A DNA stretch of 64,000 nucleotides from a candidate division WOR-3 bacterium (lineage in GTDB: Bacteria; Hydrothermota; Tepidihabitantia; Tepidihabitantales; Tepidihabitantaceae). Positions 29,245 to 39,343 of this stretch are shown one piece after another. The stretch spans positions 32,001 through 96,000 of the forward strand of contig CBFGKH010000002.1 in NCBI GenBank assembly GCA_965649295.1. The letters are read 5' to 3'. The position numbers and the translations under genes are program-made. The stretch's first letter is position 1; the number at the start of each line of letters is the position of its first letter. The notes beneath the pieces are model-generated. The model was not told the origin of the DNA. It did not search any database and saw only the letters and a list, made by a program, of their open reading frames with translations.

Positions 29245-31269
29245 TTGACTACCGCTGACGTTACTAATCCGACAACCGACTTCAGTTCGCCGCCGTCGGT
29301 TGCTGGCCGGCTGGGTTTAGTCGAAAAGTGGCTGGGAGAGCATGAGTGGCTTATTGTGCTGGTGCTGGCCTTGGCTGCCTTTTTGGGTCGGATTATCTTT
29401 GCTCTGCCTTTGGCACTCAATCCGGATGAGGCGATGCACGTCATTCGCAGCAGTGAGCCGACCCTTTGGGCAATCTACCGCGAGGACCTAGCCGGGCCTG
29501 ACCCTTCGTTACTTCACTTCATTCTCTTTCCGCTCTGCCGGCTCAATGCCTCGGATACCGTTCTTCGGCTACCCTCGATTCTGGCGGGAGTGATGGCCGC
29601 GCTCTTCTCCTATCTCTGGCTCAGGGAATTGCGGAGCCGGGCTGCCGGTCTTATTGGCATGATTCTTGTTGGCTTTGCGCCGGCAGTGCTCTTTGTCACG
29701 AGCGAGGTGCGAGCCTATGGCCTATTACTCGGCTTCTCGGCCGCGGCGCTCTGGCTGCTGGCGGCTGGGGTTCGTCGGGGGTCAGCTGGGCTACTGCTAC
29801 TGTTCGGGGTTGCGCAGTGTCTCGCGCTTGTCTCGCAGTATTCGGCACTGCTGCTTGTGGCCGGGGCGGGGTGCTACTCACTAGTGCTGGTCATAACTCG
29901 GCGCATCCGCGGACATCGGTTTTGGGCGTGGCTGGGAGCCGAGGTGATGACACTGGGGTTGCTCGCTTTCCTCTATATCACCCATATTTCCAAGCTCCGC
30001 GGCGGCGAGGCAGAGACGAGCGTGAAGCAAGGGTTCCTCAGTGGCGCCTACTTCGATCCGGCCAAGGAGAGAATCCTCGGCTTTGTCTTCAGCCGCACCG
30101 TGGCCGCATTCCGGTTTCTTTTCACGTCGCCGGGGCTGGGCCTGCTGGCGCTGCTGCTTTTCCTCTTGGGCATTGTTCTAATCCTTTGGCGCGGGCCACG
30201 GCCAAGATTAGCCACGGCGGCGTTGGTGCTGGTTCCTTGGTTGGGGGCGGTGGCGGGCAGCTTGCTCGGGCTTCATCCTTATGCTGGCACGCGCCACATC
30301 GTCCTGCTCATCCTGTTTGCGACCGTTCCGATTGCGCTGCTGCTGGCTTGGGTGGCCCGGGAGAAGCTCACGCCGATTCTGCTTGGTGCGGTGTTGATCG
30401 TGCCAGCTTGGAATCTCGTCCGGCTGCCTTGGGCCGGCGGCTGGCTCAGCCCGCTGCGCGATGGCTATCGTTCGAACCTGCTGGCAGCGGTTAGCTATGT
30501 TCGCAGCCTGCTGCCGGCGGGCGGCGTTGTTTTTGCCGACCTTGAGTCCCATTATGTCTTCCGGCGCTATCTTTTCAGTGGCCGGCCCGGTGTCACCAGA
30601 GTGGGGGCGCCGGGATTCCATGAGTACGAGTGGCAGGGTTATCGGATAATCACGCTTGATTACTGGTATGTGACCGCCGAATCGCTTGGCAATGAGTTGC
30701 AGCGGATGGCCGAGACCTATGGTCTGGAGCCGGGGACCAAGGTCGTGGCGGTTTCGGCTGGCTGGGGTACGAGCCGGTCCCGACGGCTAGCAAGAATGGG
30801 AATCGAGTATCCGGGGACCCGGGAATATGGGTTTAGGGTAGCGGTGATGCCGGTAATAGTAGGCGAGGAGCAACTGAGTGAGAAGCGGCGTGAACAGGTC
30901 AGCCGAACCCGACGCGCCTTGTACAATCTTGCCTGGCAGATGGCCCGGGCTCGACCAAGCCGGGTCGCAACCGTTATCTGGCCTTCGTACTACCTTGATA
31001 CTACGGCCGAAGAGCTGACCAAGGCGCTTGCCGATGTGACGATTCCCTACAGCACATTCTATCGTCTTGTGCTGCGGCCGGATGCCGACTTTGACCGGCT
31101 GCTGCCGGCACTGGCTTTCTGGGTCTTTGGCACCAAGGAACGGCACGTCAAGTCAGTTGCCTGGATGAACGGTTGCGAGAACTACATCGCTGGTGACCAG
31201 ACATTCACCCTACTGGGGGTTGACCCGGATAGCTTGGCCGCAGTCTATCTTGTGACTGCGACGCCCTGA
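29245..31269 (+). CDS. GT-C (GT39/ArnT-like) membrane glycosyltransferase with large periplasmic C-terminus
   Basis: PDEA motif, LRLPSILAG, SEVRAY. Promoter TTGACT-16-TACACT at 29208-29235; TTG start is approximate. Confidence 0.78.
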   Translation: MTTADVTNPTTDFSSPPSVAGRLGLVEKWLGEHEWLIVLVLALAAFLGRIIFALPLALNPDEAMHVIRSSEPTLWAIYREDLAGPDPSLLHFILFPLCRLNASDTVLRLPSILAGVMAALFSYLWLRELRSRAAGLIGMILVGFAPAVLFVTSEVRAYGLLLGFSAAALWLLAAGVRRGSAGLLLLFGVAQCLALVSQYSALLLVAGAGCYSLVLVITRRIRGHRFWAWLGAEVMTLGLLAFLYITHISKLRGGEAETSVKQGFLSGAYFDPAKERILGFVFSRTVAAFRFLFTSPGLGLLALLLFLLGIVLILWRGPRPRLATAALVLVPWLGAVAGSLLGLHPYAGTRHIVLLILFATVPIALLLAWVAREKLTPILLGAVLIVPAWNLVRLPWAGGWLSPLRDGYRSNLLAAVSYVRSLLPAGGVVFADLESHYVFRRYLFSGRPGVTRVGAPGFHEYEWQGYRIITLDYWYVTAESLGNELQRMAETYGLEPGTKVVAVSAGWGTSRSRRLARMGIEYPGTREYGFRVAVMPVIVGEEQLSEKRREQVSRTRRALYNLAWQMARARPSRVATVIWPSYYLDTTAEELTKALADVTIPYSTFYRLVLRPDADFDRLLPALAFWVFGTKERHVKSVAWMNGCENYIAGDQTFTLLGVDPDSLAAVYLVTATP

Positions 31270-31275
31270 GCTCGG

Positions 31276-32286
31276 CTACCAGCGTGAGCTGAGATTGGCC
31301 CGGCCCATCCACTCAATCCGCGACCACCAGGCCTCGTTCTGCTGGTACCATTTCACGGTTTCGGCGATACCCTGAGCAAACGGCCGGCCCGGCTTGATGC
31401 CGAGTACGCTGGCTGCCTTCGCTGTCGAACTGATGTGTTTCTGTACTTGGCCCGGCCGGTCCTCGATTGCGGTGCAGAGACTAGACGGTTTGCCGAGCAA
31501 CCGGAGTACCTTGTCGGCAATCTCCCGGACACTGATTGCCTCGCCACTGCCGAGATTGAAGACCTCGCCGATGGCCTTGTCGGGTTGGGTGATGACTTGG
31601 TCAATGCGCTGGCAGAGGTCCTCAACATAGAGCCAGTCCCGAATCGCGTCACCACCGCCGTGCAGTTCGAGCGGCTGGTTGCGAATCGCTGCCGTTATGA
31701 AGCGGGGTACGACCTTCTCCAGATGCTGGTAGGGGCCGTACTGGTTGAATGGCCGTAAGATTGTTACGGGAATCCGATAGGTCTGGTAGTAGGCATAGAC
31801 CAGCCGGTCAGCACCGGCTTTGGCCGCAGCATAGGGGCTCATCGGGTTGAGCGGATGTTCTTCGGTCATTGGCTCGGAGAGGGCGGTGCCATAGACCTCG
31901 CTCGTCGAGATGTGCACGAAGAGCTGGATGCGGTCGGCGTGCTTCACCACCGCATTGGCCACGGCGTGGGTGCCGAGCACGTCGGTCTCAAAGAAGACAC
32001 GGTTGTCGTAGAGCGAACGGGCAACGTGTGATTCGGCGGCAAAGTGGACGACGAGGTCAGCGCGACCCACCAGCGCAGTGACAATGTCTGGGTTACAGAC
32101 GTTGCCATACCAGAACTCGTAGCGGTCGCGGTCGTCGCGAATGCGGGCCGGGATGTTGTCGGGGTTGCCAGCATAGGTCAGCAGGTCGAGGTTGAGGATG
32201 CGGTCACCCGGATGGGTATCGTACCAGTAACGGATGAAATTGGAGCCAATGAAGCCGGCGCCGCCAGTTACAAGAATCGTTCGCAT
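31276..32286 (-). CDS. rfbB: dTDP-glucose 4,6-dehydratase (RmlB-like NDP-sugar dehydratase)
   Basis: TGGAGFIGS, LTYAGN, HFAAESHV, STSEVYG, YAAAK, DRPG. Confidence 0.85.
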   Translation of the reverse strand: MRTILVTGGAGFIGSNFIRYWYDTHPGDRILNLDLLTYAGNPDNIPARIRDDRDRYEFWYGNVCNPDIVTALVGRADLVVHFAAESHVARSLYDNRVFFETDVLGTHAVANAVVKHADRIQLFVHISTSEVYGTALSEPMTEEHPLNPMSPYAAAKAGADRLVYAYYQTYRIPVTILRPFNQYGPYQHLEKVVPRFITAAIRNQPLELHGGGDAIRDWLYVEDLCQRIDQVITQPDKAIGEVFNLGSGEAISVREIADKVLRLLGKPSSLCTAIEDRPGQVQKHISSTAKAASVLGIKPGRPFAQGIAETVKWYQQNEAWWSRIEWMGRANLSSRW

Positions 32287-32917
32287 CGGGCAAGTGTGCC
32301 CAAACCAGCGCCCAAGTCAACTGGTGGCAATAATGCCACCGGGTAATGCCATTGGGATTATGGTAGTCGTGGCTCCCTGCTCTCCGGTCAGCGCCAGCAG
32401 ATACTAGACTTCGCCAAGCACAATGGCTGCTATTCTGTCGAAGCCTTGGCCGAGGAGTAGCAGACCAGGCTCAACCCGACTCCGGACTACTGGCACTTAC
32501 TTCTGTGTCCCGAAGTAGGCGGCTAGCGGTTGAGTCGGAACGTGGTCTTGGCCGACTGGGCCGTCACCAGCCTAAGTACCCGAGAAACCTGCGGATAGGA
32601 GCCGGGTTCAGGCTGGCATCGTCGCGACAATGGTCAAGGGGGGAGTGACTCCCGGGGTGAGTCGCCAAGGCAGGGTCAGGGCGAGTTTTGGTTCGGATTG
32701 CGGGTCGAGTTACGTGTGCAAGTCCTTGGTCAGTAGCGAGTTGAGTTGAGCTAACAGGGTCGGGTCGAAGTCGTAGCGCAGCGGCGGAGCAAGGTGCGGG
32801 CGCAGATTCAGGTCGAGGTTGGGCACGAGGATGGAGTCGAGGTGGGAATGGAGCTCGGGCAGCAGCGAACAGGTGAACTGAGCGATGAGCTCGGTATGGG
32901 CAGCCGGGACCGATTTC

Positions 32918-34927
32918 TTAGAACCGGCGGTTCCAGGGATTTCGTCTGATGATTGCCTGAATCTGTTCGTCGGTGGGTGGGCCGGTGTGGGTTTCGAGCG
33001 AACAGAGGCCGTCGGACTTCATCAGGGCCTGGGCTTCGGGTGTGAGGAACCGGGTTAGCTGGGCATAGGCGTGGCCGTCGCCCAGGGCAAAGCGTTTGTA
33101 GTAGTAGCGGAGCGGAAAGAGGACATAGAGCCAGTCGCGGGCGCGGGTGAGCGCGACATAGAAGAGCCGTCGTTCTTCCTCGATGCTCTCTTCGTCTTCG
33201 GTGGCCATATCCGAAGGTATCATTCCGTCGGCAGCGTGAATCACATAGACGACCTTCCATTCACAGCCCTTGGCAGAGTGCATTGTCGAGAGTACGAGCC
33301 AGTCTTCGTCGCGGTGGGGCGGGCCGGCAAGGTCGGCGGTTGAGTCGGGCGGGTCCAGGGTCAGGTCGGAAATGAAGTTGGCGCGGCTGCGGTAGCGGCC
33401 GGCAACGCCGACGAGCTGTTCGAGGTCGCGTTCGCGGGGCACGGGATTGTCGTAGAGGCGGAGCAGCAATGGCGCGTAGAACTCGCGCACCCGTTCGACT
33501 TGGGACGCAACCGAGAGGTGCTCGTCGGCGCGGAGTTCAACGAGCAGCCGGGCAAGCCGGTGGTAGTCAGGCTGGGCAGCCGCGGGCAGTTCGATGTCGC
33601 CGAGGCGGGCGAGGTCGTAACCGCGTTCCTCAAGGTCGGCCATGAATCGCTCGGCGGTGCGCGGACCAATGCCATCGAACATCTCGAGCACGCGGAACCA
33701 GCTCATCTCGTCGCGCGGGTTCTCGACAATGCGTAGAAACGCGAGCAGGTCCTTGACGTGGGCGGCTTCGAGAAACTTGAGTCCGCCGTACTTGTGATAG
33801 GGGATGTTGCGCCGGGTGAGCTCGATTTCGAGTTGGTCGGAGTGGTGGCCGGCGCGGAAGAGGACGGCCTGGTGCTGGAGCTTGATGCCGTTCTCGCGGT
33901 GCTGGAGGATGGTGTCACAGACCACCCGTACCTGTTCGTCTTCGTCGCGACAGACGATTAGCCGTGGCCGCTCCTGGCTTTCGCGGCGCGACCAGAGGTT
34001 CTTGGTGTAGCGGAACCGGGCCGGCTGCATCACGGCGTTGGCCAGGGCGAGAATCGGGCCAGTGGAACGGTAGTTCTCTTCGAGTGTGACGACGGTTGTG
34101 CCCGGGAACTGGTTGGGGAAGTCGAGGATGTTTTTGATGGTGGCGGCGCGGAACGAGTAGATGGATTGGGCGTCATCGCCGACCACGGTGATGTTGCGGT
34201 TCTGCTGGCGCAGGCGCTGCAGGATTTCAGCCTGGATGATGTTGGTGTCCTGGTATTCGTCAACCAGGATGTGCTCGAACCGACCCGCCATCAGCTCGGC
34301 AATCGCCGGTATTTCGAGGGTCGCATTCCAGAAGAGGAGCAGGTCGTCGTAGTCAAGGGTCTGCTTCTGCTGCTTGCGTCGGTTGTACTCGTTGAAGATG
34401 AGGCGCAGGCCGGGTTCGGCTTCAAGGCACCACGGGTATTCGCGCCTGAGCACTCGGTCGAGCGGCTCGCGGGAGTTGACGACGCGCGAGTAGATGGCGC
34501 GGATGGTGTGTTTGCGGGGAAAGCGCTTCTCCTTGGCCGCAAACCCGAGCCGGGTGCGGATAAGACCGAGCAGGTCAGCGGAGTCGCCTTCGTCCATCAC
34601 CGTGAAGTCAGGGGAGAGACCGACCGCGCGGCCATATTGGCGAAGGAGGCGATTGGCGATGGCGTGGAACGTGCCGCCCCAGACTTTGGCGGTGGAGTGG
34701 CGGCTGACCGATTCGGCGCGGCGTAGCATCTCCTGGGCAGCGCGGCGGGTGAAGGTCAGTAGCAGGATGCGTTCGGCTGGGACGCCGGAGCGAATCAGAT
34801 AGGCGACGCGGTAGGCAAGGGTGTTGGTCTTGCCGGTGCCGGCGCCGGCGATGATGAGCAGCGGGCCGTCACCGTGGGTGACTGCCTGGCGCTGCTGGGG
34901 GTTGAGTTTGTCGAGCCAGTCGGACAT
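32918..34927 (-). CDS. UvrD/PcrA/Rep family SF1 ATP-dependent DNA helicase
   Basis: AGAGTGKT, VDEYQD, GDDAQSIYSFR, ENYRS, STMHSAKGCEW, EERRLFYVALTRA. True start ATG 34927. Confidence 0.93.
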   Translation of the reverse strand: MSDWLDKLNPQQRQAVTHGDGPLLIIAGAGTGKTNTLAYRVAYLIRSGVPAERILLLTFTRRAAQEMLRRAESVSRHSTAKVWGGTFHAIANRLLRQYGRAVGLSPDFTVMDEGDSADLLGLIRTRLGFAAKEKRFPRKHTIRAIYSRVVNSREPLDRVLRREYPWCLEAEPGLRLIFNEYNRRKQQKQTLDYDDLLLFWNATLEIPAIAELMAGRFEHILVDEYQDTNIIQAEILQRLRQQNRNITVVGDDAQSIYSFRAATIKNILDFPNQFPGTTVVTLEENYRSTGPILALANAVMQPARFRYTKNLWSRRESQERPRLIVCRDEDEQVRVVCDTILQHRENGIKLQHQAVLFRAGHHSDQLEIELTRRNIPYHKYGGLKFLEAAHVKDLLAFLRIVENPRDEMSWFRVLEMFDGIGPRTAERFMADLEERGYDLARLGDIELPAAAQPDYHRLARLLVELRADEHLSVASQVERVREFYAPLLLRLYDNPVPRERDLEQLVGVAGRYRSRANFISDLTLDPPDSTADLAGPPHRDEDWLVLSTMHSAKGCEWKVVYVIHAADGMIPSDMATEDEESIEEERRLFYVALTRARDWLYVLFPLRYYYKRFALGDGHAYAQLTRFLTPEAQALMKSDGLCSLETHTGPPTDEQIQAIIRRNPWNRRF

Positions 34928-34973
34928 CGGTGGAGTATACAAAAGAGAGGAGAAGGGATACAGGACGGAGCAA

Positions 34974-35043
34974 GGCAGAGGGCGAGAAGCCAGAGCGCAG
35001 AAGCCAAGAGGCAAAGGTCAAGAGGCAAGGTGCCAGTTGCAGA
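34974..35043 (+). repeat. Degenerate heptamer tandem repeat, intergenic
   Basis: GGCAGAG GGCGAGA AGCCAGA GCGCAGA AGCCAAG AGGCAAA GGTCAAG AGGCAAG... Confidence 0.75.
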
Positions 35044-35192
35044 GCGGGGCAGGTGGAAGGAGGGGGCGAAGGTCAGGGCGAGGCGGATTGGGGGTTGACG
35101 CGAGCTAGGTGGGTCGTATTCTCTTGCAGTAACGCACAGTCGCGCCAGTCAAGACCAGTCAGTCGGTACGTGCGTTATGTAAGGAGGACAGG

Positions 35193-36422
35193 ATGAAGGG
35201 CAAGAAGTCCGTCAGGAAGGCGGCCAGACCGGCCGCAACCAAATCTCCGGACCGGTAACCAGCCGAACCAATCCCGGCTACCAACGCCGACGACTGGGTC
35301 AACCAGATGCTTATCCTTGCGACGCGCGAGCGCGCCGACACAATCCACGTCGAGCAAGGAGTCGAGGGAGTGACCGTTCGCTTGCGCATTGACGGCACGT
35401 TGCGACCAATCCGAGCACCGGAGCAGGCCTTGCAGGAGGCGGTGATTACGCGGCTCAAGAAGATGTCAAGGATGAAGACAGAAGACGACCGGGTGCCCAA
35501 GGATGGACGATTCGGTGCGATTATTGACGGCCGCGAAATCGACTTCCGAGTCTCCAGCTTCCCGACCGCCTACGGCGAAAGCCTGACCCTGCGGGTGCTG
35601 GACCGCGCCACGCTCATTCCGATAGACCAGCTGGGATTCTCGCCCGCAGCCCTGACCAGCGTGCGCGGGATGCTGAGCAAGCCGCGCGGCCTGATTCTTG
35701 TCACCGGTCCGGCCGGCAGCGGCAAGACCACGACCCTTTACGCATTGCTGAGCTACATCGCAAAGAGCGACAAGAAGGTCGTCTCGCTCGAAGACCCGAT
35801 TGAATTCGTCCTGCCGAACGTGACCCAGTCGCAGATTGACCCGCGTTCCGGGTACGACTATCCGACCGCGCTGCGCTTGGTCGCGCGTCAGGACCCGGAC
35901 GTGGTCATGGTTGGCGAGTTGGGCGACGCCGACACGGCGCAAGCGGCCCTGGATACCGTGCTCGGCGGCAATCTGGTACTAGGCTCCATCTCCGCGAACG
36001 ATGCAGGCGAGGCGATTGGCCGCCTGTTGGGAATGGGAATCGACCCGTTGCTGGTTGCTACCGGCCTGGAAGACGTGATTGGGCAGCGACTGGTTCGTCA
36101 AGTCTGTCCGTCCTGCAAGCAGAGCTTTGCGCCGACCAAGACGCAGAGCCTGTGGCTGGGACTCAAGCCCGGGCAGAAGCTCGCCAAGGGCCGCGGCTGC
36201 AAGGAGTGCAAGGGCACCGGTTACAGAGGACGCATTGGGGTCTTCGCGGTGCTGCCGATGACCGAGGAGCTTCGCGACCTCGTGCTCGCGCGGCCGCAGT
36301 TGAGTGAATTGCGTCGGTCCTTTGGCCAGATTGAAGCGGGAGCCCTGAACAAGGACGGGATGGAGAAAGTCAAGGCCGGGCTCATCACTGTCGAAGAGCT
36401 GATGCGGATGGGAAAGGCGTAG
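35193..36422 (+). pseudogene. GspE/PilB-family secretion ATPase, degenerate, with in-frame TAA at 35256-35258
   Basis: Strong AGGAGG RBS before ATG 35193, in frame with ORF 35307-36422. Walker A GPAGSGKTTT, EDPIE and Cys4 motif are present; the His box is lost. Could alternatively be translated from ATG 35307. Confidence 0.65.
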
Positions 36423-36554
36423 CAGCACCCCGGGCAAGCGGTCTGAACCGACCGGCTGTCGGTATTTCGCCTTGGCGCCGGTTCTGCCGGTCATTGTGCC
36501 CGGGTGGGACTGATTGACACTCCAGTACTGGCGGCTAGAATCACGGTCCGGCAG

Positions 36555-36627
36555 GCCGGCGTAGCTCAGTTGGTAGAGCAACGGAATCATAATCCGTGTG
36601 TCAGGGGTTCGACTCCCTTCGCCGGCA
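36555..36627 (+). tRNA. tRNA-Met (CAT), probably elongator; CCA not encoded
   Basis: GCCGGCG/CGCCGGC acceptor stem, GCTC/GAGC D-stem, ACGGA-ATCATAA-TCCGT anticodon arm, TTCGA T-loop. Upstream TTGACA-16-TAGAAT promoter. Confidence 0.95.
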
Positions 36628-36644
36628 TCGCGAGACATGATACA

Positions 36645-36713
36645 ATGAAGATTCTGCTGATTGTCTTGAACTTACGGAGCGCGGCGGGGCCTTGGGCCCC
36701 GCTTTTGCCTTGA
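36645..36713 (+). promoter_or_regulatory. Candidate Ile/Leu/Val leader peptide and attenuator hairpin upstream of ilvE
   Basis: MKILLIVLNLRSAAGPWAPLLP; hairpin GCGGGGCC-TTG-GGCCCCGC-TTTT at 36684-36706. Confidence 0.5.
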
Positions 36714-36725
36714 CAGGAGGACGCC

Positions 36726-37655
36726 ATGGGTCTGGAAGAGACCAAGTCGCAGTACATCTGGATGAACGGCAAGTATGTGCCGTGGGACGATGCCAAGATT
36801 CATATCTGCTCGCATGTCATCCATTATGGGACCGGGGTTTTTGAGGGGATTCGGTGTTACAAGACACCGACCGGGCCAGCGATTTTCCGGGCCAAGGACC
36901 ATACCGACCGACTGTTCAACTCGGCCAAGATCTACCGGATGGATATCCCGTTTACCAAGGACGAGATAAATGCGGCAATGGTTGACCTTATCAAGAAGAA
37001 CAACCTGCAGGAGTGCTACATCCGGCCGATTGTCTATCGTGGGTACAAAGAGCTGGGGGTGAATCCGTTCGGCTGCCCAGTTGACGTCGCCCTGATTACC
37101 TGGTACTGGGGCAAGTATCTCGGGCCGGAGGCGCTCGAACAGGGTGTTGATGTGATGGTGTCTTCCTGGAACCGAATGGCGCCGAACACCTTCCCGGCTA
37201 TGGCCAAGACCTGCGCGAACTATATGAACTCGCAGCTCATCAAGATGGAGGCAATCAAGTATGGGTTTGTCGAGGGAATCGCGCTGGACGTGAACGGCTT
37301 CCTTTCCGAGGGCTCGGGCGAGAATCTGTTTGTGGTGAAGGACGGCGTCATCCACACGCCGCCCTTGCATGCCACGGTGCTGCCTGGTATCACTCGGGCA
37401 ACGATAATCACGCTCGCCCGGGAGCTCGGTTATACGGTGATTGAGACGATGATGTTGCGGGAGTTCCTCTACATTGCCGACGAGGTGTTCTTCACCGGTA
37501 GTGCGGCTGAGGTGACACCCATCCGATCAGTGGACAAGATTCCGATCGGCACGGGCAAGTGTGGGCCGATAACGAAGCGGTTGCAGGAGGAGTTCTTTGC
37601 CGTCATTGATGGCAAGAAGCCGGACAGCCACGGCTGGCTGACGTTCGTCAGGTGA
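36726..37655 (+). CDS. ilvE: Branched-chain amino acid aminotransferase
   Basis: HYGTGVFEGIR, YIRP, AK..ANY, EGSGENLF, LPGITR, FTGSAAEVTPI. Confidence 0.96.
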   Translation: MGLEETKSQYIWMNGKYVPWDDAKIHICSHVIHYGTGVFEGIRCYKTPTGPAIFRAKDHTDRLFNSAKIYRMDIPFTKDEINAAMVDLIKKNNLQECYIRPIVYRGYKELGVNPFGCPVDVALITWYWGKYLGPEALEQGVDVMVSSWNRMAPNTFPAMAKTCANYMNSQLIKMEAIKYGFVEGIALDVNGFLSEGSGENLFVVKDGVIHTPPLHATVLPGITRATIITLARELGYTVIETMMLREFLYIADEVFFTGSAAEVTPIRSVDKIPIGTGKCGPITKRLQEEFFAVIDGKKPDSHGWLTFVR

Positions 37656-38089
37656 AGGTTGCGCTCGGAGCCGACCATCGGGGCTATGCCTTGAAGGAAC
37701 GGCTACGAAAGTTGCTCATCAGTCTTGGTCACGAGGCCATTGACTTTGGGCCGACCAGTGCCGAGCCGGTTGATTATCCTGACTATGCGTTGGTTGTGGC
37801 CAGGGCGGTAAGTGAGGGCCGGGCCGATCGGGGAATCCTCATCTGTTCAACCGGTATCGGCATGTCAATCGCTGCCAATCGGCTGCCAATGGTGCGGGCA
37901 GCGCTTTGCGACAGCGTTCGCCTGGCCAGGCTGAGCCGCGAGCACAACAATGCCAATATTCTCTGCTTGGGAGCCGATGTTGTTAGCCCGGCGTTGGCCC
38001 AGCGAATTGTGCGGGTCTGGCTCCGGACTGAGTTTGCGGGCGGACGGCATGCTCGCCGGCTGGGTAAGATTGAGCGCGGCCGCGGCTAG
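37652..38089 (+). CDS. rpiB: Ribose-5-phosphate isomerase B
   Basis: GADHRG, DYPD, CSTGIGMSIAAN, HNNAN, GGRH.RR. Confidence 0.95.
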   Translation: MKVALGADHRGYALKERLRKLLISLGHEAIDFGPTSAEPVDYPDYALVVARAVSEGRADRGILICSTGIGMSIAANRLPMVRAALCDSVRLARLSREHNNANILCLGADVVSPALAQRIVRVWLRTEFAGGRHARRLGKIERGRG

Positions 38090-39319
38090 CTACTGCCGCA
38101 GCATCAGGGTGATGAGAATCGTGGCGACCGGGATGCCGACCGCACTGATAATAGTCACGTAGTCCTGCCACCACTTGAGGGAGACGCGCGGTATCATGAT
38201 GATGTCGCCCGGCTCGACGATAGGGTTGTCGCGGGTGCTGATCGTGCGGCCGTCGCGCTGAATGTGAGCGTATTTCAGGTTGGCGTAGTGGGTTGGCCCG
38301 CCCGCTTGACCGAGATAGTCGCTGAAGCGCTGGTTGGGCGAGTAGGCGTAGGCCTTGGGCTCGCGGACTTCGCCTTCAACATAGACTAGCGTGTTGACCG
38401 GCGGCACGACGACGATGTCGCCGTTCATCAGTTCGATGTCGAGGTCGGTATTCTGCTCGTAGATGATGCGGCGCAGGTCAACCGGCAGGCGTTTACGTGC
38501 GCCGTTGCCGCCGACGATCAGCCGTTCGACATAGGCGTTGGACATGTCGGCCCAAGGGGTTATGCCGCCAGCCCGACCGATAACACCAGATACACGCTCA
38601 CCGGGCCGTAGCTCATAGATGCCCTCGCTGACGCGCTCTTTCTCGGTGGTCAGGGTTGACGACCGGAGCCGGTATTCGCCCCGACCAAAGACCGCTCCTT
38701 TGACTGTGACCAAGGCTTCAACCGGCGGCACCCGAATGATATCGCCGGACTGAACAAAGGGATTGGCCGACAGGTCACCGTCATTCTCGAACCGTTCCAG
38801 GTCAACGGTCGTATAAAGCGCACCGTCGCGAATCAACTGAATATTGGAGCGAGAGCCAAGCGGCGCCAAGCCGCCGGCCCGGGCAATTATCTGGGAGACT
38901 CGCTCGACCGGCGAGGCCAGGACTGTGCCCGGATTCTGGACTTCACCGGTCAAAAAGACGACGGCGGTGCGCAGGCCGGTCAGCGTCAGTTTCACCCGCA
39001 CCTGCTTGTAATAGCGGCTCATCGCCAAGGTCAGGGTCTCTTCGGCCGCGGTTACAGTCAGCCCACTTACGGGCACGGCGTCAACGATTCCAACCTTGGG
39101 GATGCTGATGGGAACGCGGCCTTCATAGGTGACAGCGGCCTCGTTGCTGAAGGTTATGCTGCCGGTAACCGTGATGAGCAGCCGGTCCCCAGGCATCAGG
39201 ACGTACTGTTCAGAGATGATTGGGCTCTCGACACCAGTGGCTGACGGTATTGGCAGCGCTGCTTCCTGAGCGATTGCGGGCAGGAGCAACACAAGCAGTA
39301 GCAGGGAGTTCCGCGTCAT
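38090..39319 (-). CDS. SLBB-domain polysaccharide export protein (Wza/KpsD-like)
   Basis: Signal peptide, YVLMPGD, repeated V.GEV..PG / AGG / GD.I.VP units and a C-terminal helix. Confidence 0.82.
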   Translation of the reverse strand: MTRNSLLLLVLLLPAIAQEAALPIPSATGVESPIISEQYVLMPGDRLLITVTGSITFSNEAAVTYEGRVPISIPKVGIVDAVPVSGLTVTAAEETLTLAMSRYYKQVRVKLTLTGLRTAVVFLTGEVQNPGTVLASPVERVSQIIARAGGLAPLGSRSNIQLIRDGALYTTVDLERFENDGDLSANPFVQSGDIIRVPPVEALVTVKGAVFGRGEYRLRSSTLTTEKERVSEGIYELRPGERVSGVIGRAGGITPWADMSNAYVERLIVGGNGARKRLPVDLRRIIYEQNTDLDIELMNGDIVVVPPVNTLVYVEGEVREPKAYAYSPNQRFSDYLGQAGGPTHYANLKYAHIQRDGRTISTRDNPIVEPGDIIMIPRVSLKWWQDYVTIISAVGIPVATILITLMLRQ

Positions 39320-39343
39320 CGCGGCAATTGTAGGTTGGTGGTT

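Noticed and set aside
32290..36627. Integrative island at tRNA-Met carrying the helicase and PilB-like gene
   Set aside because: No integrase and no duplicated tRNA 3' end were seen, and the genes lie 5' of the tRNA.
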